Virus record (IMG/VR): IMGVR_UViG_2974513674_000001
Span: 48,226 to 112,225 of that record
Reading direction: 5' to 3' (one strand)
Source: a virus
Lineage: Duplodnaviria; Caudoviricetes
Length of the DNA: 64,000 nt
The position numbers and the translations under genes are program-made. Within the stretch, counting starts at the first letter, position 1, and the number at the start of each line of letters is the position of its first letter. The notes below the pieces were generated by a model. That model was not told the DNA's origin, did no database searches, and saw nothing but the letters and a program-made list of their open reading frames with translations. Below are positions 20,955 through 31,025 of the stretch, piece after piece.

Positions 20955-20970
20955 CCACTACATCATGTGT
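20955..20970. promoter_or_regulatory. candidate NrdR box
   Basis: CCACTACATCATGTGT resembles the acaCwAtATaTwGtgt consensus; just upstream of the nrdA RBS. Confidence 0.5.
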
Positions 20971-20982
20971 AAGGACTTAAAC

Positions 20983-23244
20983 ATGCAGGTCACGAAATCC
21001 AACGGCTCCAAGCAAGACTTCGACATCGCCAAGATCATGGCGCATAGCGAATGGGCTTGCCGGGGGCTGAACGTATGCCAGAGCGAACTCGACGCCTCTC
21101 TTCAGATTCAGTTCTACGAAGGCATGTCCACTAGCGAAATTGCCCAAGCCCAGATTCAAACCGCCAGCTCGCTGATCAGCCTGGCCCAGCCGGAGTTCGA
21201 CAAAGTCACCGCACGCTTTGTCCTTCAGCGCATCTACAAGCAAGTCACCGGCGGCGACATCAAGTACCCTTCCATCCGTGCAATGCTGAGCCAGGGCACC
21301 CTGTTCCAACAGCTCGACAATCGCCTGCTCGACGGCCGCTTCGACCTGGAAGCCCTCGACGCTGCGATCCAGCCCGAGCGTGACGACCTGTTCGCCTACC
21401 TGGGCATTCAGACCATCGCCGACCGCTACCTGCTGACTCGTCCGCTGACGGCGAACGGCAGCAAAGCGATCTACGAAATGCCTCAGCACTTCTGGATGCG
21501 CGTAGCAATGGGCCTGAGCCTGCTCGAAGCTGACCCAACTGCCAGCGCCATCGAGTTCTACAACGTGTTCAGCCAGATGGACTACGTGCCATCGACCCCG
21601 ACGCTGTTCAACTCCGGCACCCGCCACGCTCAGATGTCCTCCTGCTACCTGTCCTACGTGCCGGATGACCTGGAACTGATCTTCGACCTGGGCATCACCC
21701 AGTCCGCACTGCTGAGCAAGTTCGCCGGCGGCGTCGGTACTGACTGGACCGAAGTTCGTGCGAACAAGTCCGTGATCAAGTCGACCAACGGCAAGTCGAA
21801 CGGCATCGTTCCGTTCCTGAAGATTTACAACCAGACCGCAGTCGCTGTGAACCAGGGCGGCAAGCGCAAGGGCGCGTTCTCCCCGTACCTCGAAATCTGG
21901 CACGACGACTTCACCGACTACTGTGACCTGCGCCTGCAAACCGGTGACGACAACCTGCGTACCCACGACATTCACCCCGCCGCATGGGTGCCTGATCTGT
22001 TCATGGAACGCAAAGAAGCCGGCGGCATGTGGTCGTTCTTCTGCCCATCGGACGTCCCGGGCCTGCACGATCTGTACGGCGACGACTTCAAGAAGGCATA
22101 CGAAGCAGCAGAGGCAGCCGGCCTGGCTCGTCGTCAGCTCCCAGCAATGGACGTGTGGAAGAACCACCTCGACAAGCTCGTTCGTACCGGCTACCCCTGG
22201 ATCACCTTCAAGGACGCCTGCAACCGTCGCAACCCGCAAGCCCACGCCGGTGTGGTTCACAACTCGAACCTCTGCACCGAAATCACCTTGATCAACAGCA
22301 AGGACGAGACCGCTGTCTGCAACCTGGGCTCTATCGTCCTGGGCAACCACGTCCGCAACGGTCAGATCGACACTGACAAGCTGCAACGTACCGTCAAGAC
22401 CGCCGTGCGCGCTCTGGACAACGTGATCGACCTGAACTTCTACCCAACGCCGGAAACCGAGCGCAGCAACCTGCGTCACCGTCCAATCGGCCTGGGTGTG
22501 ATGGGCTACGCCGAAGCCATGCTGCAATGCGGTATCGACTGGGAATCCCAGGATCACCTGCAATGGGCGGACGAGACCTTCGAGCAGATCAACTTCTACT
22601 CGATCAAGGCTTCGATGGAGCTGGCCAAAGAGCGCGGCGCGTACCCAACCTTCCCGGGTTCCACCTGGAGCCAGGGCAAGCTGACCATCGACACCGCCAA
22701 AGATCAGAAGGTCAACTTCTTCAGCCCGGTAGAGTGGCAACTGCTGCGTGAGGACGTCGTGAAGTACGGCATCCGTAACAGCAACATCATGGCCATCGCA
22801 CCGACCGCGACCATCGCCAACATCGTGGGCACCACCGAGTGCATCCAGTTGATCAACGAGCGCGAGCTGACCAAAGACAACTTGTCCGGCCGCTTCTTGC
22901 AGATCAACCCGCTGCACAAGTACAACCGCCCTGAGCTGGTGAAGACCGTATGGGAAGTTGACCAACTGTGGACCATCAAGGCGGCAGCCCGTCGTCAGAA
23001 GTGGATCTGCCAGTCGCAGTCGCTGAACCTGTACAAGACCAAAGACGTCAAGGGCCGTACTCTCGACCTCTGGTACACCACTGCGTGGAAGCTGGACGTG
23101 AAGACCACCTACTACCTCCGCAACCAGGGTGCAACTGACGGCGCCGGCCGCATCGAAGACAAGGCTGAAGTGACCGCCGCCCCGGAAGTTGTAGTGGCCC
23201 CAGAGGTGATCACTGAATACTTCCAGTGCGAGGCGTGCCAATGA
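20983..23244 (+). CDS. nrdA: class Ia ribonucleotide reductase alpha subunit with ATP cone
   Basis: MQVTKSNG ATP cone, PSTPT..N, SSC, SNLCTEI, VCNLGS, APTA, TYY, C-terminal CEACQ. Confidence 0.95.
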   Translation: MQVTKSNGSKQDFDIAKIMAHSEWACRGLNVCQSELDASLQIQFYEGMSTSEIAQAQIQTASSLISLAQPEFDKVTARFVLQRIYKQVTGGDIKYPSIRAMLSQGTLFQQLDNRLLDGRFDLEALDAAIQPERDDLFAYLGIQTIADRYLLTRPLTANGSKAIYEMPQHFWMRVAMGLSLLEADPTASAIEFYNVFSQMDYVPSTPTLFNSGTRHAQMSSCYLSYVPDDLELIFDLGITQSALLSKFAGGVGTDWTEVRANKSVIKSTNGKSNGIVPFLKIYNQTAVAVNQGGKRKGAFSPYLEIWHDDFTDYCDLRLQTGDDNLRTHDIHPAAWVPDLFMERKEAGGMWSFFCPSDVPGLHDLYGDDFKKAYEAAEAAGLARRQLPAMDVWKNHLDKLVRTGYPWITFKDACNRRNPQAHAGVVHNSNLCTEITLINSKDETAVCNLGSIVLGNHVRNGQIDTDKLQRTVKTAVRALDNVIDLNFYPTPETERSNLRHRPIGLGVMGYAEAMLQCGIDWESQDHLQWADETFEQINFYSIKASMELAKERGAYPTFPGSTWSQGKLTIDTAKDQKVNFFSPVEWQLLREDVVKYGIRNSNIMAIAPTATIANIVGTTECIQLINERELTKDNLSGRFLQINPLHKYNRPELVKTVWEVDQLWTIKAAARRQKWICQSQSLNLYKTKDVKGRTLDLWYTTAWKLDVKTTYYLRNQGATDGAGRIEDKAEVTAAPEVVVAPEVITEYFQCEACQ

Positions 23245-23366
23245 TCGACGTGCGACCTGACATCTGAACAGGTAGCAGCTCAGGGACGAGCTGATCCCCA
23301 CGTAACCCCAACAATCGAGCGCTATCATTAGCGCTCGAATCGTTTAAACAGCATGAGACTCAAAGA

Positions 23367-24275
23367 ATGATCAGCATGTCCGAGAAACTTGTAGAAATCG
23401 AACCGATGTCCGAAGAGCAGTGCTGGGCATCCATCGACCGTGTTGCTGAAGTCATGACCGTACCCGGCATGATGCAGTCCGAGCTGAAAGCTGATTCAGA
23501 CCTGGGCAAGCCGTTCACTGATAACGCCAAGCAAATCCTGCACATCATCGTGGATCACTTCGACGCCGGTGAATCGCCGGATGACGACAAGCTGATCGAC
23601 GGCTTGAACGACCTGTTCATCCAGAACCAGGCGCTGCAAACCAAGTACACCATCAAGCTGCTGACCCAGGCGTCGATTGCGATGCAGCAATTGCCGCTCG
23701 CTGCGATGATCACCAGCATTCAAGACGTCGAATCGAAGGACGGCCTGACCCAAGAAGGTCTGGAAGAACTGAAGGCGATGGAAACCGAAGACAAGAAGTC
23801 CGGCATGGCCAGGATCGAACCTCGTCTGATGAAGATCATGGGCCTGGGTATCGACGCAGCCGGCGGTCAGCTTGAGTTCGCACGCCTTCAGAAGATCGTC
23901 AGCGACAAGATGCCGGAGCACTTCAAGGCCAGCCCTGAAATCGCCTTCACCTCGCAGATGATCGGCGCAATCATGACCGCTGTCACCGCCCGCGCCGAGT
24001 CTCGCGAGTTCACCTTGTCGCAGATTCGTGCGACCATCGAAATGGTGATCGGCGCCAAGCAGGCTCTGACACTGGCCAACATGACTGCGTACCACATGGG
24101 GTCGAAGGAAGTGGTCGGCATCCTGGTTCGCAGCGCAGAGCACCACATCAATATCTCTGTGGATGAAACTGTCGTTGAAGTGCCTGAGAAGCAGAAGGTT
24201 GAGATTGAAGCGACCCACGTTGCCGATCACAAGCCTACTTCGACCCACGTTGCCGGCAACCGGACTGTCAACTGA
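23367..24275 (+). CDS. hypothetical protein
   Basis: 302-aa ORF behind a CC-N8-CC-N13-TATCAT promoter. Confidence 0.8.
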   Translation: MISMSEKLVEIEPMSEEQCWASIDRVAEVMTVPGMMQSELKADSDLGKPFTDNAKQILHIIVDHFDAGESPDDDKLIDGLNDLFIQNQALQTKYTIKLLTQASIAMQQLPLAAMITSIQDVESKDGLTQEGLEELKAMETEDKKSGMARIEPRLMKIMGLGIDAAGGQLEFARLQKIVSDKMPEHFKASPEIAFTSQMIGAIMTAVTARAESREFTLSQIRATIEMVIGAKQALTLANMTAYHMGSKEVVGILVRSAEHHINISVDETVVEVPEKQKVEIEATHVADHKPTSTHVAGNRTVN

Positions 24276-24640
24276 TGAACGCCAAGCAGCGACGTATCGC
24301 TGATAAGGTTCGTCAGCGCGCCTCACTTGACGCTGACGCGAAAGTCCGCGAGCTGGAAGAGAAGCGCCGGCTGTTCGTAGAGGAATGCAGGGCTCAGACT
24401 GCTCAGATCGAAGCGAGCCGTCAGCGCCTTGTTCGTGATCAAGAAGAGAACAAGGAAAGCGCGGTACGCTTCCAGGCTGAAATGGAAGAGGCTCGACTGA
24501 ACTTCGTTCGCCAGTCCATAAGCCTCAAAGATGCGAACGTGGTACGGGAAGTGCTCCTGCTGCTTGAGCTGGATGAAGACCCGGCTGCAATCGCCCTGAA
24601 AATCCGCCAGCAGTTTGGCTTACTGATCCCGGAGTGGTGA
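24275..24640 (+). CDS. coiled-coil protein (C-terminus similar to next gene)
   Basis: EVLLLLELDEDP motif. Confidence 0.7.
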   Translation: MNAKQRRIADKVRQRASLDADAKVRELEEKRRLFVEECRAQTAQIEASRQRLVRDQEENKESAVRFQAEMEEARLNFVRQSISLKDANVVREVLLLLELDEDPAAIALKIRQQFGLLIPEW

Positions 24641-24643
24641 CAG

Positions 24644-25039
24644 ATGGCCTCAATCGACTTTACGACGGTTGAGCAGTACGAAGAGGCTCGCGAGCAAATC
24701 GAGGCTCTTCTGCTGGAGAACCACAGAACCATGAAGCGTGCCGAGCATCTGACGAGCGAGCTGGAGCAGAAAGCAGGCGACCTCAAGGAGTGGCAAGATG
24801 CTCTGGACAAGGAGCAAGATCACTTCTCCATCGAGAAGGAGCGGTTCGAGGCCGATCAACACAAGGTTCTTGAGCTTCAGATGGTGATTCAAAGAGCCGT
24901 TGAGCGTGTGAACGCTGCGAACCAAGACCCGATTGAGGTCATCAACGAGGCACTTCTGCTGCTGGAGCTTGACGAGAGCCCGGAAGAGATTGCCAAACTG
25001 CTTCGCGAGAAGCGTGAAGCCCTAGACGTCAAATGGTGA
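24644..25039 (+). CDS. coiled-coil protein
   Basis: EALLLLELDESP motif. Confidence 0.7.
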   Translation: MASIDFTTVEQYEEAREQIEALLLENHRTMKRAEHLTSELEQKAGDLKEWQDALDKEQDHFSIEKERFEADQHKVLELQMVIQRAVERVNAANQDPIEVINEALLLLELDESPEEIAKLLREKREALDVKW

Positions 25040-25042
25040 ATC

Positions 25043-25609
25043 ATGAGAATTGAAGCCCCGCATCAAAAACTGACCCTGCAAAGCAGCGACCCGTCCAGCG
25101 ACGGGCGCCTTGAGGTCTACTACGACAATCGCGGTGAACCCTATCGCCAGGGCATCAGCCTGAGCCTCGAACGCCGCGACCTCGATGTCTCGGCCAACGT
25201 GTTCCTGGAAACCTGGGAATCGCGTGCGCTGCGTGACCTGCTGCTGAAACTGTATCCACTTCAGATGCCACCTGTAGCGCCGGACGGTCTGCTGACCACC
25301 GTAGCCGACAAGATCGCCGCTGGTGAGGTCGTAGACGCCACTGAGAGCGCCGGAGAGACTGCGCAGTACATTCGTGACCTCGTCAGCGCATCGTCGCTCC
25401 AGGACGCTTACACGGGCTCCCAGGAAGAGAAGCAGGAATGGAAGAAGCGTGCGCTCGAAGCTGAAGCCGAACTGCGCGATCTGCCGACGATTGAAATGGT
25501 ACTTTTGCAGGCGCAACGCTATGCTAAGGCCACAACCGACGAAGAGCGCACCCATGAGCTGGGTGACCTTCGCAACATGATCATCCATCTTCCAAGCGAC
25601 TCGAAATAA
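25043..25609 (+). CDS. hypothetical protein
   Basis: tightly packed ORF in operon. Confidence 0.7.
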   Translation: MRIEAPHQKLTLQSSDPSSDGRLEVYYDNRGEPYRQGISLSLERRDLDVSANVFLETWESRALRDLLLKLYPLQMPPVAPDGLLTTVADKIAAGEVVDATESAGETAQYIRDLVSASSLQDAYTGSQEEKQEWKKRALEAEAELRDLPTIEMVLLQAQRYAKATTDEERTHELGDLRNMIIHLPSDSK

Positions 25610-25620
25610 AGGTTCATTCC

Positions 25621-26637
25621 ATGTCCGTTATCATTACCCCGCAAGAGCGGGCGCTGAAAGTCATCAACAACCGCCGCGTCATCCTGGGCGAAATGGACGA
25701 GCTGATGGCTCCGTCCCCGAAGAAATACTCCCTCCCTCTCGAAATCATGGAGAAGGGCCTGCGCGACGACTGGAAACACTGGCACGTCAACCTCGTCGAC
25801 GACCTGGCTCACTTCCGTGAGTTCGACAAGAAGACCCAGCGCTCTGTTCAGATGAACCTGGGCTTCCTGTCCAACCTCGACGGCATCCAGCTCGGCACCC
25901 TCGCTAACAACATCCAGGCGCACATCACCTGCCCGGAATACCGGATGGCGATCACTCGTCAGGCGATGGAAGAGCTGACCCACGTTCTGACCTACGACCG
26001 CATGATCACCAGCCTCGATATGGACCCTATCGAGACCTACAACCTGTTCATGACGGACGAAGTCCTCGAAATCAAGAACAAGCACATCATCAAGATGGCC
26101 AACCTGTTGGGCAACGACTTCACCGGCGAGAACTTCGTCCGTGCAATCGTCGCCAACCAGGCGCTCGAAGGCGTCTACTTCCAGATCGGCTTCAAGCGGT
26201 TCTACATCCTTCACAAGCGCGGGAAGATGGGTGGCTGCGCCCAGAACATCCGCTACATCCAACGGGACGAAGCGAGCCACCTTCGCCTGTTCAACGCAAT
26301 GTGGCATGACGTCCGTCGTGAGAACCCGGAGTTGTTCACCCCTGAAGTCCTGAAGGACTGCGGTGAGATTCTCCGCGTGGCTGGTGAAATGGAAATGACC
26401 TGGAACCGCCATGTGAACCAGGGCGGTCAGTTGGGCATCACCGACGAAATCAGTGACGGCAGCATCATGTTTGGCACCAACGGCGTTGCCCGAGCAGTGG
26501 GCCTCCCAACGCCATTCCCTCATGTGACCAAAGACCCTCTCGCCTGGACCGACGCCTACCTCAATGAGCACGGCATCGAAACCAACTTCTTCGAGCAACG
26601 TGTGGTTGAATACGAAGACAAGGGCCTTGAGTGGTAA
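25621..26637 (+). CDS. nrdB: ribonucleotide reductase beta subunit
   Basis: di-iron ligands LDG, EELTH...Y, EG, DEASH; C-terminal NFFE..V.EY. Confidence 0.92.
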   Translation: MSVIITPQERALKVINNRRVILGEMDELMAPSPKKYSLPLEIMEKGLRDDWKHWHVNLVDDLAHFREFDKKTQRSVQMNLGFLSNLDGIQLGTLANNIQAHITCPEYRMAITRQAMEELTHVLTYDRMITSLDMDPIETYNLFMTDEVLEIKNKHIIKMANLLGNDFTGENFVRAIVANQALEGVYFQIGFKRFYILHKRGKMGGCAQNIRYIQRDEASHLRLFNAMWHDVRRENPELFTPEVLKDCGEILRVAGEMEMTWNRHVNQGGQLGITDEISDGSIMFGTNGVARAVGLPTPFPHVTKDPLAWTDAYLNEHGIETNFFEQRVVEYEDKGLEW

Positions 26638-26714
26638 CGTAAAGCGATGAAGGAGCCCGGGTCAGCAATGATTCCGGGCTTTGTTGTGTACGACCTACTT
26701 AAATCCAAGAGGAT

Positions 26715-26864
26715 ATGCAAATGTTCAACTGGCACAGCCACACCCTGGATGCAATCAACATGGCAGTGATTTTGGTGACCGCCCTGTTGGTCATCAAAGA
26801 TGTCCGCTTGTTGAGTCGCCGTTGTCACCGCAAGACCTTCGCCGGCTGTGTGAGAGGTTCGTAA
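26715..26864 (+). CDS. 49-aa membrane peptide (not in ORF track)
   Basis: AAGAGGA RBS; MQMFNWHSHTLDAINMAVILVTALLVIKDVRLLSRR... Confidence 0.5.
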   Translation: MQMFNWHSHTLDAINMAVILVTALLVIKDVRLLSRRCHRKTFAGCVRGS

Positions 26865-26981
26865 AATCGCGGCGAAAAATTAGACGATTTTTGCCACGTA
26901 CCTTACACAAAGCCCCATCAAGTCCCTCGTTCTGTGTGACATAGTGATCATGACTATTGAACGCAGAACGAGGGATTTTTC

Positions 26982-27287
26982 ATGCGAGCGAATATGAGAG
27001 CGATACAGACGTCCTCCGCGTTAGTTGTGCTCATTGCTGCAAGTGTTCTAGTTGTCGTCGCTGCACACGCTACAGAGCGTCACAGCGACACGCACAGCGA
27101 GCACAGACATAGCAGACACGAAACGCGACACATACACGCAGAACGCGAGCGCTACGAGCACCCGCCGCTGCACAGCGAAGGCACTCGGGAAGATGCCGAC
27201 GCCTATCCCTCGTTCGATGATCCGGCTGACTACCGTGAAACCAATCGCTACAACCCATACTCCGATGAAACCTACGACGAAGAGTGA
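26982..27287 (+). CDS. signal-peptide-bearing His-rich hypothetical protein
   Basis: hydrophobic N-terminus; contains a CC/GG-free patch at 27017-27161. Confidence 0.5.
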   Translation: MRANMRAIQTSSALVVLIAASVLVVVAAHATERHSDTHSEHRHSRHETRHIHAERERYEHPPLHSEGTREDADAYPSFDDPADYRETNRYNPYSDETYDEE

Positions 27288-27290
27288 CCA

Positions 27291-28268
27291 ATGAACCAAC
27301 ACGACAGCTTGTACCTTCAAACTTGCCAGGGCCTTCTGGAATACGGGCGCCCGAGCAGTGACCGCACTGGCACCGGCACGACGAAAGCGCCGGGTCTGAA
27401 CATGCGGTTCTTCATGCAGGACGGCTTCCCTCTGCTGACCAGCAAATTCACCGGGATGCGTCTGATCGAGCTGGAACTGCGCGCATTCCTGAACGGCATC
27501 ACCGACAACAACTTCCTGAGCAGCCAGAACGTCCACATCTGGGATGCGTTCGCCAACGAGAAGGGCGAGCTGGGTCCGATCTATGGCGCAATGTGGCGCA
27601 ACTGGCCTGTCATGTGTCAGAGCGGCGAAAGCTATGAGGTCGATCAGATCGCCGAGCTGATGAAAGGCTTGCGTGAGAAGCCAATGAGCCGTCGTCACAT
27701 CGTCACTGGCTGGAACCCGGCTCTTCTGCCTGTCGAGGGGCGCAGTCACGCTGAAAACGTCAACGCCGGCCTCCAGGCGCTGCCACCGTGTCACACCATG
27801 TGGCAGGTCCACTGCCATGAACTGACAGTGGAAGAGCGGGAAGAGCAGCACAAGCTCCGCAACGGCAGCGTTTTGCTGGGCAGCAAGACCGAGAGCTTCC
27901 GGCACCAGGTTCTGGATCGCCTCGAAGTGCCTAAGTACGGTGTCAGCCTGCAACTGTTCCAGCGCAGCGCCGATATGTTCCTGGGCGTGCCGTTCAACAT
28001 CGCGTCGTACAGCCTGCTGTTGCACTACATCGCCCACAGCCTGAACATGGTGCCGCACAGCTTCATCTGGAACGGCGGCGACTGCCACATCTACAACAAC
28101 CACGTCGAGCAGATGAACCTTCAGATCAGCCGTGAGAAGGATGCGCCGCCGAGCCCGCAAATCCGCTTCAAGTGCGCACCCAAAGACATCTGGGACTACA
28201 CGGCAGACGACTTTGAAATCGTCGGCTACGAACACATGGGCAAAATCCAGGGGGATGTGGCTGTATGA
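27291..28268 (+). CDS. thyA: thymidylate synthase
   Basis: DRTGTGT, LPPCH, QRSADMFLGVPFN, GDCHIY. Confidence 0.95.
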   Translation: MNQHDSLYLQTCQGLLEYGRPSSDRTGTGTTKAPGLNMRFFMQDGFPLLTSKFTGMRLIELELRAFLNGITDNNFLSSQNVHIWDAFANEKGELGPIYGAMWRNWPVMCQSGESYEVDQIAELMKGLREKPMSRRHIVTGWNPALLPVEGRSHAENVNAGLQALPPCHTMWQVHCHELTVEEREEQHKLRNGSVLLGSKTESFRHQVLDRLEVPKYGVSLQLFQRSADMFLGVPFNIASYSLLLHYIAHSLNMVPHSFIWNGGDCHIYNNHVEQMNLQISREKDAPPSPQIRFKCAPKDIWDYTADDFEIVGYEHMGKIQGDVAV

Positions 28269-29107
28269 GCATTCGCAAGCGGCAAATCGCAATCTCGTTG
28301 AACCACAACGGCGTCATTGGCGTAGACGACAAGCTCCTGTTCTCCGCGCCCGCTGACCTGTCCAAGTTCGCCAAGTTCACCGACGGCACGTCGATCATCG
28401 CCGGCCGCGTCACCGCCCAGCAGATGGTCAACTGCGGTATGCGGATCAAGAACCGGCGCCCTCTGATCGTCATCACCGAGACGGGTATCATCGAAGGCAC
28501 CTGTGATCAGGACGACAAGTGGATCTACTACGTCAAAAACCTGCAAGATGCGCTGATCCAAGCAGAAGTGCTGTGCCTGGACCTGAGACTGAACGGCTAC
28601 ACCGTCGCCGGCGGCAAGCGGGTATACGACGACTACCTGAATCTGGTCGACTCGGGGAAAGTGCGCCCCAACGCTGCGTACCTGTTCTCGCACAAAATGG
28701 ACCCGATGGTCCCGGCAGTGGCCCTGAGCCGTGACTTTGCGCAGGTGAGAAAGCTGCTCGAAGTCCGCATGGCGCAGCCAAGATACGTGTGGCACGAAGC
28801 AGACGTGGTCGGCACAGACTTCAACGGCAAGCGGGTGCGCGCAATCGAGGGCAATTTCGGCTACCTCTACGACAACCGTGAGGTCGATCCGTATGAAGTG
28901 AAGATGGTCGAAAGCCATGCCCGAGTAGAAACCGACGGTGGCGAGGTCAGCATCGACCTCTTCAGAATCACTGGCTGGGCTCGCAAAACGGAAATCAAGT
29001 CTGTCGAGATTCACACTCTCGGCGGGAAGACAATTACCGTGCGTCCACGCAGTGCTGCCGGGTTGAATTCCCTACTTTTCGCGCTCAACATGACAGCGTT
29101 CGCTTAA
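28265..29107 (+). CDS. divergent dihydrofolate reductase-like protein with C-terminal extension
   Basis: NGVIG..DKL, DLSKF, GRVT, NRR, VAGG...Y; coupled to thyA. Confidence 0.65.
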   Translation: MSIRKRQIAISLNHNGVIGVDDKLLFSAPADLSKFAKFTDGTSIIAGRVTAQQMVNCGMRIKNRRPLIVITETGIIEGTCDQDDKWIYYVKNLQDALIQAEVLCLDLRLNGYTVAGGKRVYDDYLNLVDSGKVRPNAAYLFSHKMDPMVPAVALSRDFAQVRKLLEVRMAQPRYVWHEADVVGTDFNGKRVRAIEGNFGYLYDNREVDPYEVKMVESHARVETDGGEVSIDLFRITGWARKTEIKSVEIHTLGGKTITVRPRSAAGLNSLLFALNMTAFA

Positions 29108-29153
29108 TCAATAGCCCGGTGTAACAGCCGGGCATCACCCTGAAGGAAAAACC

Positions 29154-29810
29154 ATGAAGCCTCAATTCATCATCGGCGTTAAGACCAAGACCATTCGCGA
29201 AGACATTGGTCTGAAAAACGGCTTGAGCCCGGTAGACATCCAGCAGATCGTCCACCTGGTACAGCCTGGCGTCGTGATTGGCCAGCGTGACGCTCTCGAA
29301 AGCGACGAAAGCGTATTGCAGATCATCCCGGGCCTGGTTCTGTCGCAGTTCGATTCGTCCGCGGGCGTCATGAAGTACGTTCCCTTTCGGCGCACCAAGC
29401 TGGTAGGTGAAAGCCGTCTTGCAGGTGCTGTCAGCGTCATGTTCGGGGGTCACATTGACCTGGCCGACGTGATCCATCACGAAAGCGTGATCAACCTGGT
29501 TCCAACTATCGGCCAAGCCATCGGCCGTGAAGTTCAGGAAGAGGTCGTCTTCTCTGGCATGGCCGGCGCAGACCTGAGCATGTTCTCTGTGGGCGTGCTG
29601 CTCGACGACAGCGACAGCGTTGGTCGCGTCCACATGGGCGTCATCATGAATGCCCAGCTCCCAGAAGGCGCGACCGCAATGTGTGCTGAAGCAGAACTGG
29701 AGTCGATGGCTCCGATGTCCGCCCGCGAGCTGCTTGATTCCGGCCTGCCGCTGGAAAACTGGACCCGCATCATTCTGGAATTCATGCACGAAGTGGAGAA
29801 CATGGCATGA
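29154..29810 (+). CDS. NUDIX-like phosphoesterase
   Basis: QIIP, ESRL, FGGHID, REVQEEV, VGRVHMG, LENW. Confidence 0.7.
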   Translation: MKPQFIIGVKTKTIREDIGLKNGLSPVDIQQIVHLVQPGVVIGQRDALESDESVLQIIPGLVLSQFDSSAGVMKYVPFRRTKLVGESRLAGAVSVMFGGHIDLADVIHHESVINLVPTIGQAIGREVQEEVVFSGMAGADLSMFSVGVLLDDSDSVGRVHMGVIMNAQLPEGATAMCAEAELESMAPMSARELLDSGLPLENWTRIILEFMHEVENMA

Positions 29811-30415
29811 AGTTCTTGGGACTGGCCGGTACTCACGGCAGCGGCAAGACCTCCCTGTGCGAAGCCTACGTGGCCAAGAACCCAGGCAGCTCGTTCATCA
29901 AGACCGGCATCAGCGACATCTACAAGGCGCTGAACCTGGACCCGAAAGTGCGCATGACCCTGGAGCAGCGCATGGAAGTCCAGGAGAAGGTGCTGAACGT
30001 CCTGTGCGATCAGTGGGAGCAGGGCCTGCTTGCTCACAAGGGTGACGGCAACTGCATCAGCGACCGGACTCCTTACGACCTGATCGCCTACACCCTGGCT
30101 GAAGTCAGTGGTTACGACGACATCAGCGACGAACTGAGTACCCGGATCGTCAGCTACATCACCTTGTGCCGCCTGGCTGCCCAGGCTTTCGACGGATTCG
30201 TTCATGTTCCAATCGCTCTACCGATGGTTGCTGATCCCACTGGCAAAGTTCGTGCTGCAAGTAGTCTTGCTTATCGGGTTCACCTCGACATGCTTATGAC
30301 CAAAGCAATCGAGGACGGGGGTCACACCCCATATCGCATTCACGGTATCGACATGGCTGAGCGCGTGAAGTCGGTCGAGCGGATTTTCGAGGGTGTCGAG
30401 TCGATCCCCATCTGA
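29807..30415 (+). CDS. P-loop nucleotide kinase / AAA_28-like ATPase
   Basis: GTHGSGKTS, ISDRT. Confidence 0.75.
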   Translation: MKFLGLAGTHGSGKTSLCEAYVAKNPGSSFIKTGISDIYKALNLDPKVRMTLEQRMEVQEKVLNVLCDQWEQGLLAHKGDGNCISDRTPYDLIAYTLAEVSGYDDISDELSTRIVSYITLCRLAAQAFDGFVHVPIALPMVADPTGKVRAASSLAYRVHLDMLMTKAIEDGGHTPYRIHGIDMAERVKSVERIFEGVESIPI

Positions 30416-30498
30416 TAGCCGTCTAAGCCCAGAGTAAAACTGACAGACTGTCTCTTAACAGAGCAGTCTGTTTTTTATTGTCAAGAGAAAAGTGGGAA

Positions 30499-31014
30499 AT
30501 GAGCCGAGAAGACAAGAAGTACAGCCGTGAAGCGTGGATCAAAGCGGTGCAGGGCGGCTCAGTCCTGGCCAGTTACGAAGTCTGGGTGCGCAAATCCAAA
30601 GCAGCCGACGAACAGAAAGCCCTTGAACTCAAACAAAGCGAGAAGAACACCATGACCGACAAGACCAACACCGCCGCTGAAGCCCGTCAACGCGCTCGCC
30701 AGGTGAGCCCTGAAACCAAAGCCCGGATCGAGCGCATGGTCGCTGCCGAATTCTCGAAAGAAGAAATCGCCGACATCCTCAAGATCAACGTGGAATCCAT
30801 CGACCGCGCTCTCCGCACCGTTCTGGAGCCGTTCACCAGGGCCGATGTCGAGTTGATCACCCTGGCGATGGGTATGCTGCGCGGTCGCAAGGATCGTGAC
30901 TTCCACGAAGACCGTGAGTTCGATCAGCTCCTGCTGCAAGCCAATAATGCCGACGCGGGAAAGGTTGAAGCCCTGCACAAGCGCCTGCAAGCCAACGGCC
31001 TGCTTGTTGACTGA
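30499..31014 (+). CDS. hypothetical protein (possible HTH)
   Basis: SKEEIADILKIN..SI. Confidence 0.6.
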   Translation: MSREDKKYSREAWIKAVQGGSVLASYEVWVRKSKAADEQKALELKQSEKNTMTDKTNTAAEARQRARQVSPETKARIERMVAAEFSKEEIADILKINVESIDRALRTVLEPFTRADVELITLAMGMLRGRKDRDFHEDREFDQLLLQANNADAGKVEALHKRLQANGLLVD

Positions 31015-31025
31015 GGACTGACTCA

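Noticed and set aside
20977-23328. Long antisense ORFs (783 aa here; also 6275-8077, 2500-3906, 3925-5232, 43437-44915)
   Set aside because: They are shadows of real + strand genes caused by GC-rich codon bias, with no recognisable motifs or RBS.
27291-28268. ThyA homologue as a dCMP hydroxymethylase explaining a C modification
   Set aside because: It keeps the dUMP-specifying Asn (GVPFN) and canonical ThyA motifs.
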